A model generated the notes under the pieces. It did no database searches and had not been told where the DNA came from. It saw nothing but the letters and a program-made list of their open reading frames with translations. Below, one piece after another: positions 1 to 10,575 of a DNA stretch of 64,000 nt (position 1 is the first letter of the stretch; each line of letters starts with the position of its first letter). This DNA is from Dudresnaya verticillata (Eukaryota), in the NCBI GenBank assembly GCA_977862235.1, contig OZ374560.1:124001-188000 (forward strand), in the 5' to 3' direction. The position numbers and the translations under genes are program-made.

Positions 1-179
1 AATCGCTGCGCCCAATCGCGCCGCCACTTCCTTTCGGAAGCGAAAAACAAATGCGGTGACGCGTCTCGAGCAAACGGTGAACACCGCGTGGCGCATCAGA
101 AATGTGCGGTGGCATCTCGCGCCCGCCATTCCTTTTTCACCGCATCCGTCCTTCCTATCGCCGCGGAGGCCACCCCCAC

Positions 180-274
180 CAACACCGTCGCTCCCCATCA
201 ACACCGTCGCTCCCCATCAACACCGTCGCTCCCCATCAACACCGTCGCTCCCCATCAACACCGTTGCTCCCCAT
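180..274 (+). repeat. 19-bp tandem repeat CAACACCGTCGCTCCCCAT x5
   Basis: Five units read directly, the last with one substitution; the paralog has a single unit near 3994-4012. Confidence 0.95.
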
Positions 275-318
275 CGTCACCGCAACCGCAAACCCTAACC
301 TCCCACAACCCGCTCGCA

Positions 319-1764
319 ATGAACGGCAGCATGAACGACAGCATGCACGACAGCTTCCTCGACAGCATCTTCAAACGCCTTGACGACTATGATCAACCGG
401 ACCCCTGGCCAAATCACCCCGACCATGAGTGGAGCATTCTGCGCTGCCCGGCGTCGCCAGTACCATCCTTTGCAGCGCCGCCAGGGAAGGTGCACGTCAT
501 GCACGACATGACGCACACCCCGAGCTGCCCGACTCGCCCGAAGGAACCGTTCTTCTCCGATTGCACCCCGTGCAATGGTGTGCAGCCCCCGTGCGAGCTG
601 GAGCCGCTATCTCTGCTGCCACCCTCCAGCGCCAACTACAGTTGCCTCCCAGAATTGGGCTCCCCGCGCAGCGCTCCGGCTGCGCAACGCAACATGGGGT
701 CGCAGGGTAATGCATTGGCTGCGCTTGGTGATACTCTGGTAAACCAAAGCCTGCCGCAGCATGAGTCCAACGCTATGACTGATACAACCGGTGCTCCGAA
801 CGCGAGCCAGCCTACTGTGACACAGGCCGAGGGTTCCACCTCGTGGTGGGAAATGCCAGGACAGCATCAGGTTCCTGTCTCCCCGAGTGGTACTATCGTC
901 GCCCAACACACATCGAACAGGGAGGTCGCTACTGGTATCATTCCCGCCGTGCCGAATGGCGTACTTGTCTCTCCATCGCGGAAGCATACTCGCGCTGCAC
1001 AGGGCGAGAACGATGTGGCCCTGCCGGGGACCCGAGGAGCGTCTTTGCCCATAGCGGCAACTCCCACGACGCCAGCTCTGTACCCCGGCGAGAGCAGTCC
1101 GCCCCTTAGCTCTCGTACAACTCCCGCGCCGATAGCAGGGGGTCGGGTACAGCGCTCTCGTGGGGCGTCCCGTCGTCGGGGTCAGCAGCAGCCGGTGCTC
1201 TCCATAGTGAATGTCCCACCGGAGCTGTTGGCGCCGACACATATTGCCGAGGAACTACGAAGTGTTCTGGACAGAGCAGAGGTGGCGAAAACTTCTGCGG
1301 TCGTTGGCAACACGACGTACGCTGAAGCAAAGGCGCGGCTGGACGGTGTGGAGGGACATGTGAGGAACTTTGTGCGGCAAGAGCGCATACCAGAGCGAAA
1401 TCAGCAACCGAGCCAGGAGGAGCGGACCAAAGTTTCATGCCGGATGTCTGCTCAAGTGCGGGATTGGTGCGGACAGGCGCGGTCGCAGGCGCTCGAACAG
1501 GAGCTGGCGCTCGCGTGCCAGATTAACACGATGCTGGTTGGGTTGCTGGATCACCGCGCAGGTTGCGGTGACCCTGTGACAACGGAGTTTCTCGCTGTGT
1601 TGGGTAACAGGCGGAGGGTTGAAATGAGCGGCGCCATTGGGCGCACGGTGCAGGCGAAAGCAAGGCAAGCGCGTGTTGTCGCGCGACGCGGTGTCGGGCA
1701 CAGCGTGGCGAGGCAGCTACCGCCAATGCCCGGGGCTTCGAGCAAACGCGTGGGGAAGCGGTGA
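319..1764 (+). CDS. Low-complexity N-terminus plus C-terminal basic/heptad (divergent bZIP-like) domain protein, paralog 1
   Basis: Long ORF; first in-frame ATG at 319 (MNGSMNDS) matches the ATG of the paralog at 3948. Contains RTKVSCRMSAQVRDWCGQARSQALEQELALACQINTML and a basic tail SSKRVGKR. Confidence 0.65.
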   Translation: MNGSMNDSMHDSFLDSIFKRLDDYDQPDPWPNHPDHEWSILRCPASPVPSFAAPPGKVHVMHDMTHTPSCPTRPKEPFFSDCTPCNGVQPPCELEPLSLLPPSSANYSCLPELGSPRSAPAAQRNMGSQGNALAALGDTLVNQSLPQHESNAMTDTTGAPNASQPTVTQAEGSTSWWEMPGQHQVPVSPSGTIVAQHTSNREVATGIIPAVPNGVLVSPSRKHTRAAQGENDVALPGTRGASLPIAATPTTPALYPGESSPPLSSRTTPAPIAGGRVQRSRGASRRRGQQQPVLSIVNVPPELLAPTHIAEELRSVLDRAEVAKTSAVVGNTTYAEAKARLDGVEGHVRNFVRQERIPERNQQPSQEERTKVSCRMSAQVRDWCGQARSQALEQELALACQINTMLVGLLDHRAGCGDPVTTEFLAVLGNRRRVEMSGAIGRTVQAKARQARVVARRGVGHSVARQLPPMPGASSKRVGKR

Positions 1765-1931
1765 GTTTGTTCGATAGATGTCTGGGGTGATGTTTCTGCG
1801 CGTGGAGGGAAAGGTGTTATCTGTGGAGTCGCCGCGGAAAGCGCCTATGCTGGACATAGACTTGGTGTAAACGGTATGATTGTTCCTGCAAATCCATTCG
1901 TCGAGTGTGGGTGTGCATTGCTTCCCGAACT

Positions 1932-2000
1932 TGGACACGCGTCCACGTGGACACGTGCCCCCGTGGACACGCGCCCACGTGGACAAACACGTGGACACGA
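1932..2000. promoter_or_regulatory. Cluster of G-box-like CACGTG/CACGCG motifs
   Basis: ggacacgcgtccacgtggacacgtgcccccgtggacacgcgcccacgtggacaaacacgtggacacg contains four CACGTG in ~70 bp; function inferred only. Confidence 0.4.
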
Positions 2001-2394
2001 GCCCGACCTGAGTGCACCTGAAACAGGTGTGCCGACGTTCGGTTGGGCAAAGCGGTCCAATCAAGTGCTTTGATGTGCCATCATTCGCATTGGTATTGGC
2101 CGATTGCCCCAAGCTGCGCAATGAAACCGCCACCCTATCCGCCTTCCACATTCATCTCGCTCCACCGCACCTCAGCGACAGCAACGCGCACTTCATCATC
2201 ACAATCATTGCCGCATGAAGAGTTGGTACCAATGTTCGAGCCACAGTTGCTGCATCATCCTTCCTTCTTTACAATCGTCAACACGCCTCGAACCGTTCCG
2301 TGCACCGACAACATCTTTACAGTTTAAACAACATCAACCAATACTATTACTTCGACGATTAGTGACACTACGTCGACCTTCCAGTCGAACAAGC

Positions 2395-3948
2395 TCACCG
2401 CTTCCTCACGCGTTTGCTCGAAGCGCCGGACTTTGGCGGTAGCTGTCTCGCCACGCTGTGCCCGACACCGCGTCGCGCGACAACACGCGCTTGCCTTGCT
2501 TTCGCCTGCACCGTGCGCCCAATGGCGCCGCTCGTTTCACCCCTCCGCCTGTTACCCAACACAGCGAGAAACTCCGTTGTCACAGGGTCACCGCAACCTG
2601 CGCGGTGATCCAGCAACCCAACCAGCATCGTGTTAATCTGGCACGCGAGCGCCAGCTCCTGTTCCAGCGCCTGTGCCCGCGCCTTTCGGCACCAATCCGA
2701 TACTTGAGAAGAGATACTGCGTGCAACCTTGTCGCGTGCCTCCTGCCCCTCTGCGCACTCCCGCTCTGGTATGCGTTCTTGACGAACAAAGTTCCTCACA
2801 TGTCCCTCCACACCGTCCAGCCGCGCCTTTGCTTCAGCGTACGTCGTGTTGCCAACAACCGCAGAAAAATTCTCCACCTCTGCTCTGTCCAGAACGCTTC
2901 GTAGTTCCTCGGCAATATGTGTCGGCGCCATCAGCTCCGGTGGGACATTCACTATGGAGAGCACCGGCTGCTGCTGACCCCGGCGACGGGCCGCCCCGCG
3001 AGAGCGCCGTACCTGACCGCCTGGTATGGGCGCGGGAGTCGTTTCAGAGCTAAGGGACGGACTGCTCTCGCCGGGGTACAGAGATGGCGTCGTGGGAGTT
3101 GCCGCTATGGGCAAAGACGCTCCTCGTGTCCCCGGCAGGGCCACATTGTTCCCGCCTCGTGCAGTGCGAGTATGCTTCGGCTGTGGAGAGACACGTACGT
3201 CGTTCGGCACGGCGTGAATGATACCAGTAGCGACCTCCCTGTTCGACGTGTGTTGAGCAACGATAGTACCACTCGGGGTGACAGGAACCTGCTGCTGTCC
3301 TGGCATTTCCCACCACCAGGTGGAACCCTCGGCCTGTGTCACAGTAGGCTGGCTCGCGTTCGAAGCGCCGGTTGTATCAGTCATAGCGTTGGACTCATGC
3401 TGCGGCGGGCTTTGGGTTTCCAGAGTATCACCAAGCGCAGCCAATGCATTACCCTGCAGCCCCATGTTGCGTTGCGCAGCCGGAGCGCTGCGCGGGGAGC
3501 CCAATTCTGGGAGGCAACTGTAGTTGGCGCTGGAGGGTGGCAGCAGAGATAGCGGCTCCAGCTCGCACGGGGGCTGCACACCATTGAGTGGGGTGCAATC
3601 GGAGAAGAACGGTTCCTTCGGGCGAGTCGGGCAGCTCGGGGTGTGCGTCATGTCGTGCACGACGTGCACCTTCCCGGGCGGCGCTGCAAAGGATGGTACT
3701 GGCGGCGCCGGGAAGCCCAGAATGCTCCACTCATGGTCAGGGTGATTTGGCCTGGGGTCCAGTTGATTGTAGACTTGAAGGGGTTTGAGGAAGCTGTTGT
3801 GGAAGCTGTCGGGGAAGCTGTCGGGGAAGCTGTCGGGGAAGCTGTCTGCGAAGCTGCCGGGGAAGCTGTCACGGAAGCTGTCGGGGAAGCTGCCGGGGAA
3901 GCTGTCGGGGAAGCTGTCGGGGACGCTGTCCTTCATGCCGTCGTTCAT
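2395..3948 (-). CDS. Divergent bZIP-like domain protein, paralog 2
   Basis: Open paralog of 319-1764; starts MNDGMKDS followed by an expanded DSFP repeat; ends SSKRVRKR. Confidence 0.65.
   Translation of the reverse strand: MNDGMKDSVPDSFPDSFPGSFPDSFRDSFPGSFADSFPDSFPDSFPDSFHNSFLKPLQVYNQLDPRPNHPDHEWSILGFPAPPVPSFAAPPGKVHVVHDMTHTPSCPTRPKEPFFSDCTPLNGVQPPCELEPLSLLPPSSANYSCLPELGSPRSAPAAQRNMGLQGNALAALGDTLETQSPPQHESNAMTDTTGASNASQPTVTQAEGSTWWWEMPGQQQVPVTPSGTIVAQHTSNREVATGIIHAVPNDVRVSPQPKHTRTARGGNNVALPGTRGASLPIAATPTTPSLYPGESSPSLSSETTPAPIPGGQVRRSRGAARRRGQQQPVLSIVNVPPELMAPTHIAEELRSVLDRAEVENFSAVVGNTTYAEAKARLDGVEGHVRNFVRQERIPERECAEGQEARDKVARSISSQVSDWCRKARAQALEQELALACQINTMLVGLLDHRAGCGDPVTTEFLAVLGNRRRGETSGAIGRTVQAKARQARVVARRGVGHSVARQLPPKSGASSKRVRKR
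3789..3930 (-). repeat. 12-bp coding tandem repeat (GGAAGCTGTCGG on +), ~12 units, encoding (DSFP)n
   Basis: Read directly; in-frame expansion relative to paralog 1. Confidence 0.92.
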
Positions 3949-4637
3949 TGCGAGCGGGTTGTGGGAGGTTAGAGTTTGCGGTTGCGGTGACGATGGGGAG
4001 CGACGGTGTTGGTGGGGGTGGCCTCCGCGGCGATAGGAAGGACGAATGCGGTGGAAAAGGAATGGCGGGCGCGAGATGCGGGCCATCGCACATTTCTGAT
4101 GCGCCACGCGGTGTTCACCGTTCGCTCGAGACGCGTCACCGCATTTGTCTTTCGCTTCCGGAAAGAAATGGCGGCGCAGCGATTGGGCCATTCGTCCGCG
4201 GATTCAGATGTAGTGATCCAAATAGTGTGGTGCGGCGACGAAAACATCACAACGCCATCATTATTGTCGATGTTCGATGTTCCGCACGAGTCAATGCAAC
4301 GTGCCGCTCGCGGCTCTCGTGCTCTCGCGGCTCTCGCGGCTCGCTGCACGCTGAGGAAGGAGGCAGTTGCCAACGGTTTGACGCGGCCGTCACGCTTCGC
4401 TGAGGGAAGAGGAGATCCTGGAAGCATTTGCCGTGGCGGCGATGCGCGCTTCATCGACTCCGCGATCACTCGAGCCGCGATGGCCATGGTGGCGCACGGT
4501 TTCACACGGTGCTTCCTGTTTGACAGCCATTCCAGCAACCGATTCCCGCCTACTTAACACAAAAGCGAACTCTTTTGCAACGGCATTACGTTTCCAACAA
4601 CAACTACTACAAAAGCCTCTTATTCCAGTTTCTGAGC

Positions 4638-6485
4638 TCACAACCTTACCGCCAGCGCACGCGTTTGCCCGATGCTCCGCCCTGGGGGTAGCTGCTGCGG
4701 GGTGCTATAGCCGACGACGCGCGGCGCGATGTGTATGTATCCCGTTTGCGGGGAGCCATCACCGTGTGCAGAATGGGAACCGCCCGGCGCAGCCGTCAGC
4801 GGAATGCCCAACGCCGCAAGGCAATCCTTCGCGAGACCCTGCTTTGCATTAAGGTTGCCGGGGACTGCCCAGCTTGCCACGCATGCGACTAACATATTGT
4901 TGATCTCGCACAAGTTGCGCGCCTCCAGCTCTAGCGCGAACAACCGTGTCTTCTCGCCCTTTGCAGTCTTTTGCGCGGATATTTTCTTCGAAATACTTTT
5001 CCTCTTCGCTTTGTCCTTCTCGCGATTATATTTTGGTCTCATACTCCGCTCAACGGACTCCTTTGCGTGCACTTCTACTTGGTGTAATCTCTTCTCTGTC
5101 GCAGCGTACGAAAAGACACCCTCGATGACAGAAACGTTGACCTTACTCTTCTGCAGGGCCCTACGAAGATTAGCGGCGAGATGCGTCGTTGACTCCCACA
5201 ATGGCTCGTTGCCCATCGCAGACGAGGCATTCCTCACAGCCGCCTGCCCAATGCCCAACGCCGCCAGACAATCCTTCGCGAGATGCTGCTTTGCAACAGG
5301 GTCACCGGGGACTGTACTGGAGCTCAAAAAGCATCCAGTCACCATCTCGGTGATCTCGCACAAGCCGCGCACCTCCAGCTCCAGCTCTCTCAATCGCGCC
5401 TTGATCTTCCCTTTCGACTTGGCCGATGCAATCTGGCAAGAGATCTTGTTGCGCTTCACCTGGTCATTCTTCGAGTCTGCCCACTCTTGTCTCTTTGGAC
5501 TTGATTCGATCAAGTTCACCTTGTTCGTCACCACTTTGTTTAGTCGGTCCTTTATCGCAATGTACGACATGGCACCCTTCGTGACAGAAGCACAGACGCT
5601 TGTCTTCTGCAGGACGCGACTTAGGTTGGTGGCGATATAGGTCGGTGCGGCCTGGTCCGGCGGGATGTCCATCGCAGGCGAGGCAGAGTGGCCTGGAGAG
5701 GAGGTAGGAGTTGCTGCATTTGGTAGAGATGTCCCAAACGACGGTGGTGGCGATGCGGACAGGGCAGGAGGGTCACTGGGGATAGCGGGATCATTTGTCG
5801 GCATTAGTGTGGCGGGCAAGTCGTGCGAGGCCGGTAGTGCTTGACATGCAGTCAGGCGTTCGTCTCGTGCATGAGGGGCGCTTAGCGACCAGCGCGATTC
5901 GGGGAGGCAAAGGGCGGGGACTGCCGGGGCGGGGGGGCGGGCGAGTTGGTGAGTGATGCGTGATGTGGGTAGGTGGTAATGGACGTTGCGGAGGGGGGTT
6001 GTATTGGGTGGTGCGGGCAATGCGTCGTCCGTCAGGGAGTACGAGTACGGCGAGAATGCAGCGCCACACCGGCGGGTCTGGGCGGTTGGAGTGCCGTGCA
6101 GCGGTGATGTCGGCGGAAGATGGTGGTGGTGCGGCGTGGGGCGTGGTTGGTGGTCGGTACACACTGGGAGCGTTTGGAGAAAGGTAGAGAAGTCCGCTTG
6201 TTCTTCTTCCCAGGTGCGGGCGGTTGAGACCGGGACAGGCGGGTGCTGCTCCGGCAGGGGGGGTGCAGGATTTTGTGGTGGTGGGACGCGCGGGGATGGG
6301 ACGCGGAGAGGTGTGGTGGGGTCATTGTCCAAAGGGCGGCCCCACCATTCCATGGAGTGGTCGGAAGGATTGGAGACGTGGTCTTGAATGGAAGCCATGG
6401 TGTGGTCGTGAATGGAAGCCACTATGTCGTTGACGAGGTCTCCGAATTCGGGCCTCGGCTGCGGCTCGCGCTGCCTACTGTCCAT
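4638..6485 (-). CDS. Paralog 3: Pro-rich N-terminus plus two tandem copies of the ~120-aa bZIP-like domain
   Basis: 615-aa ATG ORF. The internal repeats TYIATNL...ARLRELELEVRGLCEITEM...DCLAALGI and THLAANL...TRLFALELEARNLCEINNML...DCLAALGI align with THIAEEL...ALEQELALACQINTML of paralogs 1/2. Confidence 0.7.
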   Translation of the reverse strand: MDSRQREPQPRPEFGDLVNDIVASIHDHTMASIQDHVSNPSDHSMEWWGRPLDNDPTTPLRVPSPRVPPPQNPAPPLPEQHPPVPVSTARTWEEEQADFSTFLQTLPVCTDHQPRPTPHHHHLPPTSPLHGTPTAQTRRCGAAFSPYSYSLTDDALPAPPNTTPLRNVHYHLPTSRITHQLARPPAPAVPALCLPESRWSLSAPHARDERLTACQALPASHDLPATLMPTNDPAIPSDPPALSASPPPSFGTSLPNAATPTSSPGHSASPAMDIPPDQAAPTYIATNLSRVLQKTSVCASVTKGAMSYIAIKDRLNKVVTNKVNLIESSPKRQEWADSKNDQVKRNKISCQIASAKSKGKIKARLRELELEVRGLCEITEMVTGCFLSSSTVPGDPVAKQHLAKDCLAALGIGQAAVRNASSAMGNEPLWESTTHLAANLRRALQKSKVNVSVIEGVFSYAATEKRLHQVEVHAKESVERSMRPKYNREKDKAKRKSISKKISAQKTAKGEKTRLFALELEARNLCEINNMLVACVASWAVPGNLNAKQGLAKDCLAALGIPLTAAPGGSHSAHGDGSPQTGYIHIAPRVVGYSTPQQLPPGRSIGQTRALAVRL

Positions 6486-9400
6486 GGCGAGGCGAGGCGA
6501 GGGTGCGGCGGCGAGGGTGCGGCGGCAAGGAGGGTTCGGGGCAGTGCAGGTGGGAGACGATGCGGATGTCGATGTCGGGCGGGGTGCGGACGATGGCGAG
6601 GATGTGTCGGCAAACGCTGGCGTGCGAGAGAGAAGCGAGAAAGGACAGGCCGCTTGTTTCTAAAGAGGACGTGTGACGCGCGCACACACGCACACCGCGG
6701 GGAAACGCTGCCTTTAGATCTGCGAATGAAGGCATGTACGAGCCTTTGTGGCGCCACTCGGCGGTGGCTGCGATTGGCTGCGGCGGGTGTGCCGCCGATT
6801 GTTGGACCAATCGCGCGCGCGCGGTACGCCGCAGGCATTGCTGGGCGTTGTGCCGCGCGCGACGAGTGGACGCGTGGACGCGTGGCGCGGCGTGTCGGGA
6901 CGCGCAAACCGCGCTCGAGCCTCACATGTATCACACGTACTGTCGCTTCAGCACATATATCACATTGACAAAATGCCACCAACGCTGTCGTTGTCGTAGA
7001 TAGGTGCTGTAGTACGTGGCATATGAATGCCGTACAAGTGGACACGTTGGGAATCTCACTTTGACAATCACTCTAGCTCAAGCTAGAATTCCTTCCGACA
7101 GAAGCATCCACATCTCGACATTTACTTCAACCTCTTGCGCTGCTAATAGGCTACTTTCGATACCTTCGTAGGCTGCGGAAATGGAGAGTGATCTCTCGGT
7201 ACATTCCAGTACTGGATGCTATCCTTGGTACGCCTTCCCAATCCCACAGAGGTGTCTTCCAAAGTCTTCGAAGTCTCCGTAGCGGCCGCGGCCGCAGTAA
7301 GCGCTCTCACTGACCCCTTGGACGTCTCGGTACGAGTCGCAGGAACAGCCTTTCTGTATGGAAACCGTGGATCACTGGAAGGGCCAGGCAGATATGGCAG
7401 TATGGAGGAGCGGACGCAACACGTAATAAAGTGACCACAACTGCACTGTGATGTCTCCACAGAGTATGAACCGTGCCCGCGGCATGTAGACCCAGGTTGA
7501 CAAACCCCTTGTGCACGGTCGAGATAACGCCCTCGGTCCACAGAGCAAAACCGGTACCTGAAGTAAGGGCAGCATTCCACGCCTCTCTGATGTCCACAAT
7601 AATTCCCGTGCAGCGGCCGACACCCTTGGATACGGCAGATATAACCCGGCACACAGACACCACGGAGATGTCAACTGCTAGCAGAGCACAAATACGGCAG
7701 CACGAGTGCCACAAAAAGGACAAGTCGAGTAAACATATTGAGCTGTTGAGTCGGTAGCCGGCGGAGAGTTGGTGAAGGGGCAGAGTACCTGTGCAGTTCT
7801 TTTCACAATGTTTGTGACAGGTAGATGTGATGTGATTTGGGGTGTGCTGGGTCCGAATATGTTATACTGCGGTTGAGACGTTAAGGGCTTTAAGTACGGA
7901 ACGGAAGGAACTTTGTTTTACCAATTCGGTGCGAGAGAACTCCAACCTGTCATGCCTGGAAGAATAAAGTTGAAGGATGGTAAAGTTTGCAGCATCGGCT
8001 TGCAGCATGCAGCAGGACGCATTCGCTGCAGAACGCTTTGTCTCATACCATGTTGGCATTGCATGAAATGAGAAGTGTTGCAAATGTCGCAACTTCGAGT
8101 CTGTTCTGGCAAAGTAGTCTCAACCTTCTTCGACAGAATGAGAGGCCGGAAACTGTTCAGTCCTAAAACTGTAGTGTAGAATATGTAACACAGCGGTTTG
8201 AGTTCCATGGCATGCACACTGTCTGTATAGAGCTAGAAAAATAGCTATACTACATACTACAGACTCTAGATATTGTCAACGTAGAGGTATTCTGTTTGGG
8301 GTCGGGGGGTGAGTATATGGATAACATATAGCTAAAATAAAATATTGGTTCTGGTTTGAACACCTGTACTAAGGAAGCAGACTCGAAGCTTCGCAACAGG
8401 GCACGCAACTACATTCAATGTGCAGACAATGTGGCCCAATGTGACATGCGGCTATGGAAACAGTCGTGTTGAGTGGAGTGGAGAATGGAGGGTCTGAAAT
8501 ATCTGAACACAACCTCTCTTGCTCGCAGTTTTCAGCCGTTCGTGGAATGCGACCGTGAAGCGCTTCCGTTTGCTTCAATGGGCATTGAATTAGCACCATT
8601 GCATAGGGCTGTCCTCATTGCGTTCAAGTATTGTATGCATCAGCTGTTGACCACTCAAAGTCAAGGTCACAATGTCGCTATCTCCACGACGGAAGAAAAG
8701 CATAGCCAAGGAACGAAATACGTAGCACAGCACCGTCGCGATGCAGCCACCGTCCCCAGCAAGGCCCTTCTGGAATGCGCTTCGGAAGCTCTGAACAATA
8801 GTATCTAAGAGAAAGCTCGTGTGTCTTCAGCGCCAACGAGAGAACGCTAGAACAGCTGAACGCTAGATCCATAGTAGACCGCTAAAACAGTTGTGATGCG
8901 CCCCTGCCTTGTGGTCAGGCATAGTTGCAGAGCACCAAAATTATTATGCCCCAAAAGTGTGGTAATGGTCGCAAACAGTTTCACGCATGAAAACGGGGCT
9001 AACTTAATTGCCTCACAAAAACGTGTAGTAATATTATACTCTGTCCATAGCAGCCAAGCAAGTTTGGTTAAGTTTCACTAGCTACTGGACAACTAACTGC
9101 TTTAGAGTGCAATGGGCTTCCCGGACAAGACATTTGCATTCTATTCTATCACACATTCTATCACACACGGGGTGGTCTCACCTTTGCTATCCAGGCTTGT
9201 CGATTTTTTAGTATTCCCGCCCTCCCTCCCGTTCCTGTGATAACAGGGCGTTTTATATGTTTCTGAAATGCTTTTTACACTCGCATTACGCCACTACGCT
9301 CCTCATCTACAGTAGTCCCCCGCTTCCGAAAAATTCCTTTGTGAAGAGTTCCTTTTAAATACTTTAGTGGCTTTGTGAAATTTGCTCGGCTCATGGGAGA

Positions 9401-10575
9401 GACTGAAAAGTTGGCGGATTCTCGTGGAACAAATTGGTTACTCTGCCGGTCAAGGATCGCCCCATGCTCCGCAGGGTCCTATTGCGGGATGGTCCCGACG
9501 GAAGGGTGCGCTTCCACCGCTATCAAATTCTCATAAAATTGTATCGGTCCCTCGCTTATGACCGGAAGGACCCGACAGACGATATCGGCCCATACTGCGG
9601 TCTGGAGTATGGCCGGAAAGGCTGGCTTTTGGCAGGCTTTCCGGCCTCCAGAGTGGCCAGCAGCGAGGCGCCTCGTTGGTGTACAGCCGACCCGCAGGCG
9701 CGCGTCCGGCATTTCTTTGCAAGTCAGTGTGGAGCCATTTCCGAGACCATAATGCGAAGCAACCAAGCTGCCTTCCTAACCTCCCCTGCGGGGGCGCGCT
9801 CCACCAACTGCTTCCTGCACGACACTTGCCCGACTCGCAAACTGACGTCAGTGCAGCCGCCTCTGTAGCGCTAAGCTCGGCGCCCGCTTCCGCTCGGCAT
9901 GGACCCGTGTCGCCCTCGAGAAGACCTTTGGCCACGACCTTGCCTCATACGGATGGCTACGTGCGCTGGCAGCCCTCAATAGCTGTCGCTCGTGCACACC
10001 GAGCCCAAGACCTTCCGCATTTACCACTTCATGACAAAGGAGACTTTCCAGAACATCATCGATGATCCCCGTCTGCTTTGGCAACTCCATCTTCGAACCG
10101 CTGCTGTCACGTCGCAACTTAACAGCATCCAGATGACAATCAAGGGGCACTTTCGAGTCGAGGGCCGCTCCGGATACGTCGACCACGCCGGCATCAGCCG
10201 CGAAATCCTGCAGAACCACCTCCTGTAGATGCCCTCCCTGCTCAAAATGGGCCCCGCGTCATGTAAACCCCAGAGGACAACCGAGACGAGTAGGGCACGG
10301 TGCTGCGCGCCTTCCAGTCTTTGTCTGCTGCCGAGTATGCAGCTGGGCAGTACGATACCCAGCTTGCCTCCATCGAGTCTTATATCGAAGAAGAGGGTGT
10401 GATCGAAGCCTTGAGGACCCGTTTCGGCCGCAGGGAAAGTCAAAAGTCGGTTTCCAGCGAGAGGTTCGCAGTGATGAGACGTTATTGCAGTTGATTCGCA
10501 CTGTGCCTACGCGGGCGTCCATGCTTTATCTGCCGGTACTGTAACGAGTGGGAAGATTCCCACGCGTACCGCGCG

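Larger units (their letters stand above)
1..4190. repeat. Inverted duplication, arms ~1-1770 and ~2390-4190, including upstream region
   Basis: Reverse complement of 4141-4190 matches the window start; the two ORFs are highly similar and convergent. Confidence 0.92.

Noticed and set aside
180..274. Possible CRISPR array
   Set aside because: Units are directly adjacent with no spacers and no cas genes; it is a minisatellite.
88..318. N-terminal extension of ORF 88-1764 (and 3949-4191 in the paralog)
   Set aside because: Non-ATG starts, and the two paralogs are not in the same frame across the 19-bp repeat; likely 5' UTR.
4729..5640. 303-aa plus-strand ORF
   Set aside because: Antisense shadow of the 4638-6485 gene; no independent motif.
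7143..7757. Overlapping short ORFs with a vaguely trypsin-like GRCTGIIV
   Set aside because: No catalytic His or Ser motifs; no call is supportable.
9434..10560. Fragmented plus-strand ORFs
   Set aside because: Possibly a pseudogene, but I recognise no family.
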